The position numbers and the translations under genes were made by a program. DNA of 64,000 nt. Origin: Mytilus trossulus. Its lineage: Eukaryota. Each line of letters opens with the position of its first letter. Within the stretch, counting starts at the first letter, position 1. Shown here one piece after another: positions 40,952-53,830 of this stretch. The notes beneath the pieces are model-generated. The model searched no databases, was not told the DNA's origin, and was given only the letters and a program-made list of their open reading frames with translations. The stretch is taken from contig NC_086381.1 in NCBI RefSeq assembly GCF_036588685.1, forward strand, positions 64,976,001 to 65,040,000, in the 5' to 3' direction.

Positions 40952-43900
40952 TCAATGTCTAAACACAAGTATGTATAAATCACCTAATTTAAAATAGAAA
41001 TAATAATTCAGATTATATGTAACGTAGAATCCAAATGAACTTCCAACAATGCAATGGTACTTTCCGCCACCATGTCCATCTAGGCTGACTTTAATATGTT
41101 CTGCGATATCGGCCGTATTGCTATAACGATGTTTACCTTCTCGGGAATATTGAATTGTTTTCTTTTGCATATATACAGACATATGCACGGTTCTTATATC
41201 TACAACATACATGTATCAGTTATGCAAAATACTTTTATACAATAGTTATCAAAGGTACCAGGATTATAATTTAATACGCAAAATGCGCGTTTTGTCTTAA
41301 TAAGACTTATCAATGACGCTCAGATCAAAATAGTAATAAAGCTAAACAAGTACAAAATTGAAGACAATTGAGGACCCAAAATTCAAATGAGTTGTGCCAA
41401 ATACAGCTAAGGTAATATATTCTTGGGAAAATCTTTAGTTTTTTTCGAAATATGTTTAGCTTTGTTAACAGGAATTTATAAAAAATGACTATATAATTGA
41501 TATTCATGTCAACACCGAAGTTATGACAAATGATTAATGTATTCCAACAAAAAAATATAACTTAATCACTCAGTTATAACATTCTGATTTCAGTACACTC
41601 GAAACACATTTGTTGAGGTATTCACGTGCCGCTGATTTTATTTGATCTAATAGAAACAATTATGCATTTGTAAAATATTGATTCACATACCAACGTCATC
41701 TGAACTAGACCTTTTCCCAAATCTGTTTTCTAGATGAAATTCTGAAAAAGTATCAAATGTTAACATGCAGTCATTTTCCTCGAAAGTTAAAAAAAATGCC
41801 ATTACATTAATTTGCAAGGAATGTTTGCGCCGCAGATGTTCGTGGATATATGGCACTTGCCATAGCAAACACTTTCTTTTTCCCTTCAATTGTGTAGGTC
41901 TATTTTCAATTAAAACTAGATTTTACTTGCCATGATTAGCCGTGAAAAATCATGATATGGGTTCTTGCAATCTTTATCCGTAATTTCGTGGTGATTTTGC
42001 CTTGGTGTCTTAGAATGGATTGTTGTTTCGAGTTTCAAGTAATTCAATGAATTGAAAAAAAAACGTTAAGTCTTTTTAAAAGTTTAAAATAAATTTTAGA
42101 TATTTCGTTGCTATAAATAGAAAGCTATGCTGAAATGTTTTGCTTGTAGTCAATCCAGAACTTATAAGTGAATATTCTGACAAATCAGCATGCTTTGGTT
42201 TTGTAGAAGAGATCATAATTGACTACAAGTTGGTGAATTTATCGTGGTAAAAGGTATGAAAATTGACTGACAGACTGAATTGAACATCAAAATTTATTAT
42301 ATGACTTCATTCATTAAATGTCGAAATTCGCATCTGGTGAAGTCAAAATATGCTGTAAATATTGCTGTTTAGTTTTTTCAGAACTGGTTTTATTTTATAC
42401 AACTTTTTGTGTTGATATTTGATCTAAGTGTCTTGTCTTGTTCATTGTTCTGTTGTTCTGATAAAGTTAGAATTAACAAATTCTGATACTGTTTGCTCTG
42501 TTACCAGTTACAATTCTGCCTTGGATAAGACAAACGGGTGTTTCAAAGTGACTCTGATAGAGCACCCTTTTAAGGTATAGACTGACATCTTTTCTTTGAT
42601 TTTCTTTTGGAACCGATGTTAACGTCACTTTATGACCTTTGGTTTTCCGTCCCATTGGGGTATTCTCTTTGTTGTGCTTTTCCCATTTGCAATAAGTTAA
42701 TTTTTGTTTTATTGATTAGTATTTGTATGATGCTGTATGATACTTTTTGTATGTGATTGTCGTTTAAAGTGGTATGGGTGTCTTCCTCCATCTTGGATTG
42801 TAAAAAACATAGAACCAAAGGTCCAGATTTTGATCAAGTTAGCAAAATTTGATGCAGAAATGCAGATATTTAATGCGAATTTTCATTTATAAGAACCAAT
42901 TTATAAGTATATAACTTATAAATATAAATATTTTTGCAAATGCTAATTATTATTGGATGTTTTTTTTATTTTTTTGAGTTTGGCATTTTAAGGGGAGCTA
43001 ACTCTAAAACAGTACATTTTCTGAAGGATTCTACATGTAATTTTCATAATTTTGTGATTTATCCGGAAAAAACGTACGGTGACCCTATCTTTTCTTTTAA
43101 TATTCTCAAAGCAGTGTCTGAAAGCTATTTTTTCCTGTAGTATTTAACAATTCTATCATTTTAATTTGTTTCTGATCACAAAATGGTGCTTTTTCCTATA
43201 TAATCCATACAAAATGTTTCAGTTTGTCCTATGCTGTAGCTTTAGAAAATCGCGGTGACCTATCATTTTTATTATATTTTTCAGCATGTATCAATAGATA
43301 CTACATTTTGGCCAAGTATGAACAAATTCTATAATTTTTTTTTTTAGACTCCCATATCACCTTAAAGAGCTCATGTTATGTCTGTTATTATGTACATGTG
43401 TGTCGACTTTATATAAAATAATTTTAACTACTTACAAACTATTCTTTCGTCCGTCAGAATCGATTAAGTATTGTCTAAAGAAAAGACTTGGGATCATTGC
43501 GATGCCTCATTTAAATAGATAAATTTGAGAATGGAAATTGGGAATGTCAAAGAGACAACAACCCGACCAAATAAAAAAACAAGAGCAGAAGGTCATCAAC
43601 AGGTCTTTCCCTAGATTAAATTTAACATTAATCATTTTGAAAACAAGTGACAGTTTTCTGTTAGCAATTATATAAAAAAAAACAGAAATTACAAAATTAG
43701 CTTTTTAGAAGAATCATTTATTATGAAATATAGCTTCACAGTGTAGATACTAATCTGTACGCTATCCGGAAGTCGCGATTTTCGAAGCGAGGATTTCAAA
43801 CTGACTAAAAGAACGGTTTTGTTTTGGTGCCTTTTCTCATCATTTGTTTACTCCTTTATCTCTAAAGTGCTTTTCACATCTTAAATGTATGTATAGCATC

Positions 43901-46900
43901 ATAACTATGAGTAACAGTAACAAAAACATGTAGTAGAATATAAAATATACGTGTGCATCACACCAACTTCATAGGGAAAAGTGAAATTGATGGACAATTT
44001 TGCTCTCGTAGTACAAAGTAAATAATCTTTTATTGCAAATATTTACATCAGTTTACAGTTAAATATATACTGTTTCAATATTCTTAGCGTATTTAAGTAG
44101 AATGTTCGTATTTCAAATAAAAAAATATGCTTTCCTTGAGGATCCCAAAATAAATTACTGTACGATCAGTCTAAAACTGACTGTATTCTAGAAGCGATTT
44201 TAGATTTTTTGTCTGTATGACCAGTCGTGATTTTGAAGAAAAAAAACAACGGCAATTTGAAGGTATATACGTGTCTTTGTGATATTATGATTGTGTCCAT
44301 GGAACTATAACGTGTAATTGCTTTCATCAGACAATGCAAATATATTTCTGATGATTTTTGTAGACGGCAAACTAATCTTATTTTTGATCCGTCAGTCTTA
44401 TTTAAAATGAAATGACTAAAACGCAAAACATGATTGGACTTTGTATTAATGTGTCGTTGCAGTTATCTGTTTAACTATTACATTTTTAGACTATTTACAC
44501 CGTCTGTCGTTGACGAATTGGTGAGAACATACATCAAGTTTGTCTCTTTTAAAATGACAAAAAATAGATAGAGAAAGTTTTGTTTAAAAACTTTAGGTAT
44601 TGAGGAAAGAATTGACGAAATTATACCCCGACACCTATAGTCCATGTTTTTGAAAAAAATAAACCACCAAAAACCTAAATTATAGGTACACAGGGGCATC
44701 ATTTAAAAACGAATATGAGGAAGTTTTATTAATATATGGTAAGTTTTTGAAAGTTGCGTATAGTAAATGGGTACCATCCAATAAGGTAGTGGAAAAGTCC
44801 TTATCATGGAAATAGAAAACTGCAGAATTTTCTAAAAATCAAAATAAGAGGTGCACAATTGAATTAAATGATAAGGAATCTGAAAAAGATTGATTAAATT
44901 ATGACAAGTGTCTGAAAGAAGTTGTGGGTATAAAATAGGTACGCCCAATATAAGGTTATGACAGTCCGTATTTAAGATAGAGAAACGTCAAAAATATTTT
45001 TACCAAAAATCCGAAATAGAAGGTCCATAATAAATTAATTGATTAAAATTGGAGCAATTTTAGAAAAAAAATAACAATTGTTTTTGGAGGTCACGGTTGG
45101 AAATACCTGATGGGTGCCCCCATATAATGCAATGTTCAAGTCCGTATCTTATATAAAGAAACCCCATTAAAGATTTTAATAAAATTCTTAATATATTCCT
45201 TTTTTATATAAATAAGGCCGTTAATTTTCTCGTTTGAATTGTTTTACAGTGTCATTTCGGGGCCTTTTATAGCTGACTTTGTGGTATTGGCTTTGCTCAT
45301 TGTTGACGGCTGTACAGTGATCTATATTTGTTGATGTCTGTGCAATTTTGGTCTCTTGTTGACGGTTGTCTCATTGGCAATCATACTGCATCTTCTTTTT
45401 TTATATTATCATTTATGCTAAGGAATCCGAGAAAAATTAATTAATAGTTTAATACCAGTGACGGATTCAAGAAAATTGGGATCCGGCGGTTTGAAACTCT
45501 TTTTTTAACTTTCAATGCATTTGTATGGGAACATATTGAAAATGGATTGGACCCCCTCAAAATGTCGGGAAACCCCAATGTATATTAAGTGGTTTATGAG
45601 GAGATGCGCTTACAAAACCGGCGAAACATGTTGTACCGGTCCAACGGACAGACGGATAGACAGACGAACGGAAAGACGGACTTCGTTATCATTATAAACC
45701 ACCGCTTTACAAAGTGGTGTACAATTTAGTGTGAAAGAGACAGATCTACATCCAAAGCAAAGTGAAGGAATTGTAATCAATTATAGGCTACAGTACGGCC
45801 TCGAATGTTTGTAAATACATGCATTTTTATATAACAATTAAATTTGTGTGTTTGTACAATTTTAAGTATAACGGAGAACATTTTTGAAACTTATATAAAC
45901 AAACAAACCTTCCTCTTATTTCAGCAACATTCAAACATCATTATACTTACTGTTGTAAGTCGATTACACCCTATCAAGCTTAAACATGTTTGATAAGTTT
46001 TCAGGATGTGAATTTATTAAAATATATTTGTGTTATTTAGAGAAATGCCATCTTCTAATGTATCGTAAAAACTTGAAATCACCACTAGAATACAGTGAAA
46101 TAAAGACTGAGCATTCAGTTTCAAAATATACAAGCGAGACTGATCGTACAGTGAGAAATTCAAACAAGTGTAATTTTCTTATTTCTGGCTTCAAAGATCT
46201 GGCTGAAACTTTTACCACCACTTAAAATATACTTTATCTAGTTAATTAAGTCTGGTTTTTACGTGAATTTGTACAGTAAGGGTGCAAAAACATTGTTTTT
46301 ATGTTAACCGACTGATATTCCGTAGTGATGCACTTTAAAATCTCTTGATTAAGGCAAAGATACGAATAATGAATATTCTCAATTTAATTCTAAACCATTT
46401 GTGAATATCGATGTCAGCTGAATTAATCATTAAGCAATGTACAGATGAACATCTTACTGTTTAATATAGTATATCCAACAAATTTAAAATGTGATCCAAA
46501 AAGTTCTCGCTTCGAAAATCGCGACTTCCGGATATCGTACAGAATAGTGTCTACATTGTGAGCTTGCAAGCTTCAAATAGTTTTCATCTTTTGTATATCC
46601 CTTTAAAACTCATCTGGTCTAAAGAGCAAAGTGAGCATTTATTTTATTTTTTTCCAAATGTTTTTGGGATGCAAGTGAATGCTTAGTTCAATAAGTATAT
46701 TGTTAATCTCCGCATATGTTTATATGAGGTTCAAAGCAATTACTTGAACAAAAGTAGTCATCACCGTATGGTAAACTGAATATATTACAAAAAATATTCT
46801 GTTCTTTCATAAAATACTTCATCAATATTTAAATGATAAAAGACTATACAGAATTATATACTGTCACAATAAAATACAAGGATGCAATACATAGTGATTT

Positions 46901-49289
46901 GGAATACTACCATTTACGTCTGTTGTCGCACTGAAAGCCTGTGCAGTGTCACCTTTTTCGTCTTTCGAAAGGTGGAAGGCTGAAAAGAAAGAAAAAAATA
47001 ATTTTACATATCGATTTCGATCCATACATGCTTTCAGCGATTTCTAAGCTGATAAAACAATTTTGTTCAACTGTTTGATGCAGTTGCAATGTTTAACGTT
47101 TCCTCCCTTCTCTTTTTGATATCTAGAAATTGTAACGAATTATAAAGCAAAAATATGAGAATTAAAATCATATTCCTGTCCATCATTTTTAGACAATCAA
47201 ACAAGCATTTTTCAAAGGTTGACCGACACACATGTAGGTTGCATTTCTGTAAATATTGACAATGCAATTTCCGATAGCAACTGCTATTACGGCTAAATCT
47301 GTACCATTTTTACTATAAAGTTTTAAATCTTATCCTAGAATTGAAAGTTCATATGCACCACATTTTATTCCAAAGGTCAACATATAGGGCTGTGCGGCAT
47401 ATTTTCAACATTTATATGCTCTGAACTTCTCAGAGTTTAAACTAACACTGATTTTCTTAACTACCCCTACCTCGAATGAAAGGTAACCACAGATTTCAAT
47501 GTAAACAATATGCACGTGTTTATTTACTGGTAACATTCCCAAGTTCTGTCTCTGTGATATGGAACACAGAGAGTATAACTGGGAACCAGTATGTAAACAA
47601 AATTAAGTTTAGAACTATGAATATAGATCTCCCCAAAGAGGCGCGTTTTGAGAAACAGCTGTAATTACAAAGCGCAACTTATGAATTAGTCTTACATATT
47701 TTAGAAATAAGTGTTGAATAAAATGAATTTGTCGATATTTTGTGAAGAATTTACAATTTTACAAGTCAAAAGACTTCAGATATAAATGATGTTTTTGTGA
47801 AGAATTTTCAATTTTACAAGTCAAAAGACTTCAGATATAAATGATGTTTTCAATATTTTCAATTTTTTAATCCATTATATCATTATTATTGAAATGAAAA
47901 CGAGTACAGTATGTATGCGTATGTAGTCAGTAACATGCCAAAGTAATTAACAACATTTCAGGTACGTGTATTCTTAAATTTTGTTTTTGTTGTGTTCAAA
48001 AATGCCAAATGCAATAATCTTAACTTTAATTACTTTTGTACTTTGAACAAATAAAATTCATATCATACAGAATAACAATGACACCTGTTAGAACATGTAG
48101 AATGAAACTTCCATATGTGCGCTATTTTATATGTTATGACTATGAACCCTCTCAATCGCATTTTTATCCTAATGTTTAGCATAATTTGTTTTAGGTTTCG
48201 ATTCTTATCATGCTTAAAAAGTCTTTGGTTTCAAATATTCGGCATTTTTTTTAGCGTTCACGATGTAGGCCTATCCTGATAAATGCTTTGCATGAATGCA
48301 ATTTATAACGTGTGGTTTCCATTTTTTAAGATTGTCTTGTTGTATCACAGCTCGGTGTGATATTTTCCGGGATTATATATGATCAATAAAAGTCTAAAAC
48401 TTCTATTTCAGGGGATTATAAATAAATCAAAATTTCTCTCTGTTTGGTAAAAATACCCAGACAAATAAGTTATATGTATATGCATAGTTTTTCTATTTTA
48501 TTTCTATTTTCTATTTAAATATGTTAAACCATATTTACTTCTAAACAATATGTTTGTGAGCGCTAAATATGCAATGCTCTTCTAACCTTGAACAGTGGAT
48601 GTAACAGAACAGTATAAGAGCAAATTTTATAAACTAGCTTCACTCAAAACATCAGTACGAAGCACAAAAAAAACAAAATAATTGTCAGAATTTATTTCAT
48701 TTTCACATTGAAATATCGACACACCTCACAGATACACGTTACCTGGAAAATAACCATTTGAAAAACTTGCAGAACAATGGAATGATTTGTACCTATCGTG
48801 TCTAGTAGAAACGATTGTTCATAACTTAAACGATACATCATGTATTTATATCACGGGCAACTTCAACTCAAATTACGAATTGTTTCTATACTAATTATTT
48901 TTATAAAATAGTTAAGATTGTTAATACTTATTGCGTTACACATGCTGCGCTTTCTGGGCAGTCAAAAGCTTTATTTCCAGTCATAATAGAAGTATCCTCA
49001 TAACCAAAATTACGCAAATGTAATTGTTCTTTTGAGGCATGCAATTACATTTACTAAAGATTAAGTAAGAGACTGCAGGGCAAATTCAATAGAACTGAAA
49101 CATTGAATGTAAATCGTTTGTTTTCATAATTTATATAAACAAGTTTAAAATTGAGAAAAAAAAAGAAAAATAAAGTTTGAATGTATTATAAGGTTAATCT
49201 AAAATTAACAAATTTATAATTTAATAAAACTTACCATTGGAAAGGCCCTTGATTGATAGAAAAAATAATATAGCTCCACATAGTTTCAT
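40952..49289 (-). CDS. 140-aa prepro-protein: signal peptide + pro-region (RF-G-KR) + divergent dynein light chain LC8-type domain
   Basis: Exons 49289-49235 (MKLCGAILFFLSIKGLSN, G|GTAAGT), 46979-46911, 41741-41691 (EFHLENRFGKRSSSDDV, G|GTATGT) and 41199-40952; all introns phase 1, total 423 nt. The last exon (IRTVHMS..MQ...DIAEHIK..LD....YHCIVGSSFGFYVTY....YFYFKLGDLYILVFR) aligns by eye to LC8 (IKNADMS..MQ...DIAAHIKKEFD....WHCIVGRNFGSYVTH...FIYFYLG..AILLFK). The LC8 exon is high confidence; the link to the signal exon is inferred. Confidence 0.72.
41240..41530 (-). mobile_element. Penelope-like terminal repeat with degenerate hammerhead
   Basis: Same family as 26100-26300(+) and 59070-59240(-); hammerhead core mutated to TTGATAA...AAAA. 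Confidence 0.7.
43737..46560. mobile_element. Transib/RAG-like non-autonomous DNA transposon (2824 bp)
   Basis: 55-bp TIRs with 4 mismatches, beginning CACAGTG (left) and CACAATG (right); exact 5-bp TSD AGCTT at 43732-43736 and 46561-46565. No transposase ORF recognised. Confidence 0.85.
44620..45725 (+). mobile_element. Helentron-associated (DINE-1-like) element nested in the Transib-like element
   Basis: (GACG/GACA)n tract at 45645-45680 followed by terminal stem-loop CACCGCTTT-ACA-AAGTGGTG. The left boundary is approximate. Confidence 0.5.
47738..47850. repeat. 55-bp tandem duplication (2 copies)
   Basis: TTTTGTGAAGAATTT...AGATATAAATGATGTTTT repeated almost exactly. Confidence 0.9.
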
Positions 49290-52089
49290 CTTGTTCTTTT
49301 AAGACTGGAAATAAAAAACGAAAAAAATATTAGGATAATTTGACAAACTCTTTTTGCAATCAAAGTGATCCTTTCCTAAATTCTATTTATATACATACGG
49401 ACAGGAAGAATAAATCGCTTTCAAATTAATCCATACTTAACTTTCAAATGTTTAATTGGTTAAAAGAATATATATCAAGTTTAAGATTAAGCTATGAGGA
49501 AGCAGTTTAGAATCAAATGATTCATGAAGTTGTTAATGTTGTGAAAATGTAGACAACTTAAAGAAAAGAAAAATATTATACAGATTAAAAATGTTGAAAG
49601 AGATAATAATTATGAAATCGAGCTAAGAATTTTAAAGTTTGAAATATATTTTATAAATTGTCCACTACCGATTTACTCTCCAAATACAACTACATCTGAC
49701 AATGCATACAATTTAGAACGGAAATGAGGAATGTGTCAAAGAGACATCAACCCGACAAAAGAGCAGAAAACAGCCGGAGCCCACCAATAGGTGCTCAACA
49801 CAGCAAGAAAAATCCCACACCCAGATGTTGGCTTCAGCAGGCGCAAAAACATAATGTTTACGGCACACCAAACTCAAAAACATACAAATAAACTAAAATT
49901 TGAAGTATTAGGCGCATTATATATTGGAAACATATAAAATTTTTTTGATTTTCAAAGATTTCATCTGGAAAGAATTGTCATAAAAACCAACAGTTAATAT
50001 TGACATACCAAAGTTGAAAAATAAGTTAACAATTATGACTTCATTGAGATGAAAAAATAAAAAAAATATAAGAACATTCTTGATTGTTGACAAAAAAATC
50101 AAATCAGCGAATACCTTCAAATGTAATTCACACTTTAAAAACGATCACAATTAAAACATTTTAGCCCCTTTTTTTCTAAGTATTTATATTATTATTTGCA
50201 TTTAAGCATCAGTAAGAAGTTTTTTTGAAACATCTATATAACCAAAACATTGGTTTCTAGTATTTGTTCGATATTTGTGAAGATTGATAGTAAAAGAGGA
50301 TATCACAATCTCAGTAAGTTTGAGCTTACATACTTTATAATATTCTTTTTTAATAGCTATTTGTTGAACAAGTTAATGATAAATATAAATAAAACAATGT
50401 GAGATTCAAATAATTATATTATTAAGTCTACAAGTGATCCCAATGAGATAACAAGATAAATCTTAGAAAAAAAACCAGTACTAGATATAGGAAGATGTGG
50501 TGTGTTTGCCAATGAGACAACTCTCCATCCAAATAACAATTTAAAAAGTAAACCATTATATGATCTAGTAATAGTATATCTAAATTTAGGACGATTTTAA
50601 CCTTGCATATTTTTTATCAATTACTGTGGACAAAAATTTTTATCAAGGAAATGACATTTTAATTTAAAATGGACATAACTTTGCCTTGAATTGACAGTAG
50701 TTTTCACACACTTTATAAAGTAAAAATACAGACTTAAACTTTTATGATTTATCGCGGTTAAGCTATTTTACTGTCGACTTGATTTTGTCTCGATTATTAA
50801 ATTACCAAATTGAGGCAAATTGCATATGATATATTCAACAGGTTATAGTTTGTTATCTTGAAAGAATCTGTATGAAATTTTAAGTACTTCTAATATTTAG
50901 CATCAATTGCTTTACGTTTACAATCAGGAAGATAACGTTCAACTAGACTTAGTTACCAATGGCTGTCGAAGTCGAATCTTCCTGGTATTTAAATTACAGT
51001 TAGATAAGTTCAAACGGAATATTCCGAAGGAAACCATGAGTGGTACTTGATTTTGTGTTAACATTGTCAAGTACTATATAACTTCCGTTTCTTTCATCTT
51101 CGATATAAGAAAAAACTCAATACCATATAAACTGAGGTATACACATATAATTCAATATCAGCAGAATTAAAACTATGTCGTTTAATCTAAAACTCAATCT
51201 GTTTTAGGCTCTCAGTTCCACTTTTATTTATCAAATACAAATGTATCTGAAAGACAATGCCGTGCATATCATTAGTAAAATACAACCATAAATATAAGAA
51301 AACATGTCATTTTCTATATTGAAATGAAAGTTCTCACACATGAATTTCCTACTTCTCTCAAAATTTGAACACTCTATTAAAGATCTAGACCTTGTTTTCT
51401 GGTATTTGTAAATCCAAGATGAAGGAAGACACCCTATCTACCTTCCTTAAATATTCTCAAAAGCCTGTTTTATCTCGCAAAATAAAATTGAAAAAGCCAC
51501 AGAAGAACATTTTTCTAAAACTGTTTTTACATAACTATGTAATATATAAATTAAGGACTCTACCTCATTTAATTCTTTACATATGGAGCTATATGACTAT
51601 ATTGACACTCGGACGTCGTCCTCGGTTAATAAAATATGAACAGGCCCATACATTAGGTATTGATCTCGTCAAATGCCCATGATGGATAAACATTTATTTA
51701 GCGGGCTGTTAAGTATATAATAATGTTGTAAAAAGACAATCAAATATAAATAAATATATATGGAGGTGGTGTCCCCAACATATATCTAGATAGATGTCTA
51801 AAGATTTAAACCCAAGTGCTTCACGAAATCACTTTATAAATTAGTAACATCAGTTTTATCAATAACCAAAGCTCCTAAGTCATTATATTCTAGATCTGAA
51901 GTGAATCAGATGTGGAAACGAAAAAGTTCAAAAGATCTTTTTGCGTATTTAAAAAAACTCTTTCATCTTTGCAGCAGTACTAAACTTTTGACTTTTCTAA
52001 ATACTAGTACTAGTATTATATATTCCAAACAAACAAAATCATTCATATATTGATACATGTAGGTGTTTTTTTGTTTCATAAAAAAGAAT

Positions 52090-53830
52090 GGCCAACTTTG
52101 ATAGAACTATTTTGTCTTAGGAAGCGATGCATTCTTCTTCGTTAAACTAGCTCTGATTTGAACAATACTTTTCTGAAACTGACATTATCAAGATGCTGGA
52201 TTTATTGATTGACAGCAAATTTGTTACGTATAAAGGACGTGTTTCTCAATAAACAGTCGGCTTTTCCATTTGAACAAACTGTGTCCCTCTTTTTGTCGAC
52301 TTTTACCTTTATTCACACGAGGCTTACTTCAAACAGGAACTTCTTAGGAGAAAGAAGAAAAGTAAGCAGTATCCGTTAACTTGAATTTTCGCTATATTTA
52401 TCATGTTAAAGCATTAAATAATCAGTCAGAGGCATTACTTAAACAAGTAACAATTAAAATTACCTATACAAGTAATGTTGAAAACGAGGCTAATTTAAAT
52501 ATAACTTATATAAGTTATTTTTCTTAATATTATTTGTATAGGTGTCCAAGAATACAGATTTTACTAGCTTTAGATAATTTTCACAGTTATCTGGTTATTT
52601 TTCTCTTGATATATAAAAACTAATTCTTCAGAAACACTAATTAACTTTCCGACGCACTTATCTTTCATACCGACGCTTCTGGGTCAAAGATTGGTCTCTT
52701 GGGACTATTAAATTATTATTTTCCTCTAAAATCTTGAAGGTAGACTGATATAAATAGATAGATACTTGTGAATTAATTAAGACCTGAAGTTATTTATAAT
52801 TTGTAACCTAAATCAATTACATATGTGCCTTAGATAAGTGTAATTGCTATTTTTTTCAAAAATGTTTAAAATAACTTATTCAAGTAATATTTTTGTCATT
52901 ATTTTCAAAGTAACCCTTTATCTCTATACTCCTCTCAAATCTGATAAATTCTTTATTTTGTGATATAAAATGTTGTTTAAAATCATGAATACTACATTTA
53001 GTCTATGTTTCTATTGAAAATTAAAATAACTCTATTAAGTTATTTTATTATTTTTAAAATAAAAAATTACTTATATAAGTAATTAAAAAAAATAACTTGT
53101 TTAAGTAACGCCCCTGACTGATAATTCACAATTTGATGACTTTGTTGATGACATCTATCGCGTCGTACTTGAGATAATGTATACTGCAGATACAGTTAAG
53201 TATGTGTTATATCTTGACTTACACTGAGATATTGACAATGATGGTCGCGATCGGTTGACAACATTCCGACAGTGCCTGAATATGGACTATTTATCTCCAA
53301 GTTTAAACAATATTCGAGTGCTTATATTTCCTTTTATGATGTCCACGATAGAGTGTTGCTGCTTACAACGATGCGTACATTTTCCTAAAGTAGTAACAAT
53401 AATCGTCTTCCCTTTTCGCAAATGTGACCTCCAAAAATCTACTTATAATCGGGTTTGTACTACCAGGACTATCACGACGGGTGCCATATGTAGAGCAGGA
53501 TCTGCTTACCTATCCGGAGCACCGGAGATAAACGCAAGTTTAAGGTAGGGTTCTTGTTGCTAAATTTTTAGTTTTTTTATATTTTTTTAATATATCTTCG
53601 CATCACGATGCTAAAAATACAACATTTTCAATACTTATTTAACAACCACATGCACACATATAACCTTAGATTAGCTTAGAGCGAAGCAGTCCATAGCTTT
53701 AAATAAAGCTAACACTTGTGAACATTTGCTTGTCTGTTAATCTTTTTTCTCTTTTAGTTATGCTTATGCGTTTATTTTCGACTTACGAGTCTGAATGGCC
53801 TTCTGGTATCTTTCGCGTCTCTTTGAAGGA
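52090..53830 (+). mobile_element. Penelope-like RT remnant plus 3' region, split by a MITE
   Basis: DIIKMLDLLIDS.FV...Q*TVGFSI*TNCVPL.VDFYLYSHEA...FRYIYHVKALNN, then the MITE, then SQFDDFVDDIY..LEI...YLDLH*DIDNDG...IPTVPEYGLFIS, followed by the GCAGGATCTGCTTACCT.CCGGAGCAC repeat. Confidence 0.75.
52422..53121. mobile_element. ~700-bp MITE inserted in the Penelope-like RT remnant
   Basis: (T)CAGTCAGAGGCATTACTTAAACAAGT ... ACTTGTTTAAGTAACGCCCCTGACTG(A). TSD is TAA (or ATAAT, depending on the boundary). Removing the element restores the RT reading LNNS. Confidence 0.85.

Noticed and set aside
40952-41212. Intronless LC8 retrogene starting at ATG 41212
   Set aside because: Not excluded but disfavoured: a branch-point/acceptor lies at codons 4-5, and an in-frame exon with a strong donor sits 490 nt upstream.
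42473-42818. Overlapping minus-strand ORFs as extra exons of the LC8-like gene
   Set aside because: No clean in-frame acceptor/donor pair, stops in the phase-1 frame, and no recognisable domain.
43800-46500. RAG1/RAG2 or Transib transposase coding remnants inside the TIR element
   Set aside because: The short ORFs (44166, 44478, 45986, 46033) show no motif I can recognise; much of the interior is nested repeats.
48743-48792. Possible extra exon between the signal exon and 46979
   Set aside because: Poor acceptor context; its phase-0 end would shift the downstream frame into an early stop.
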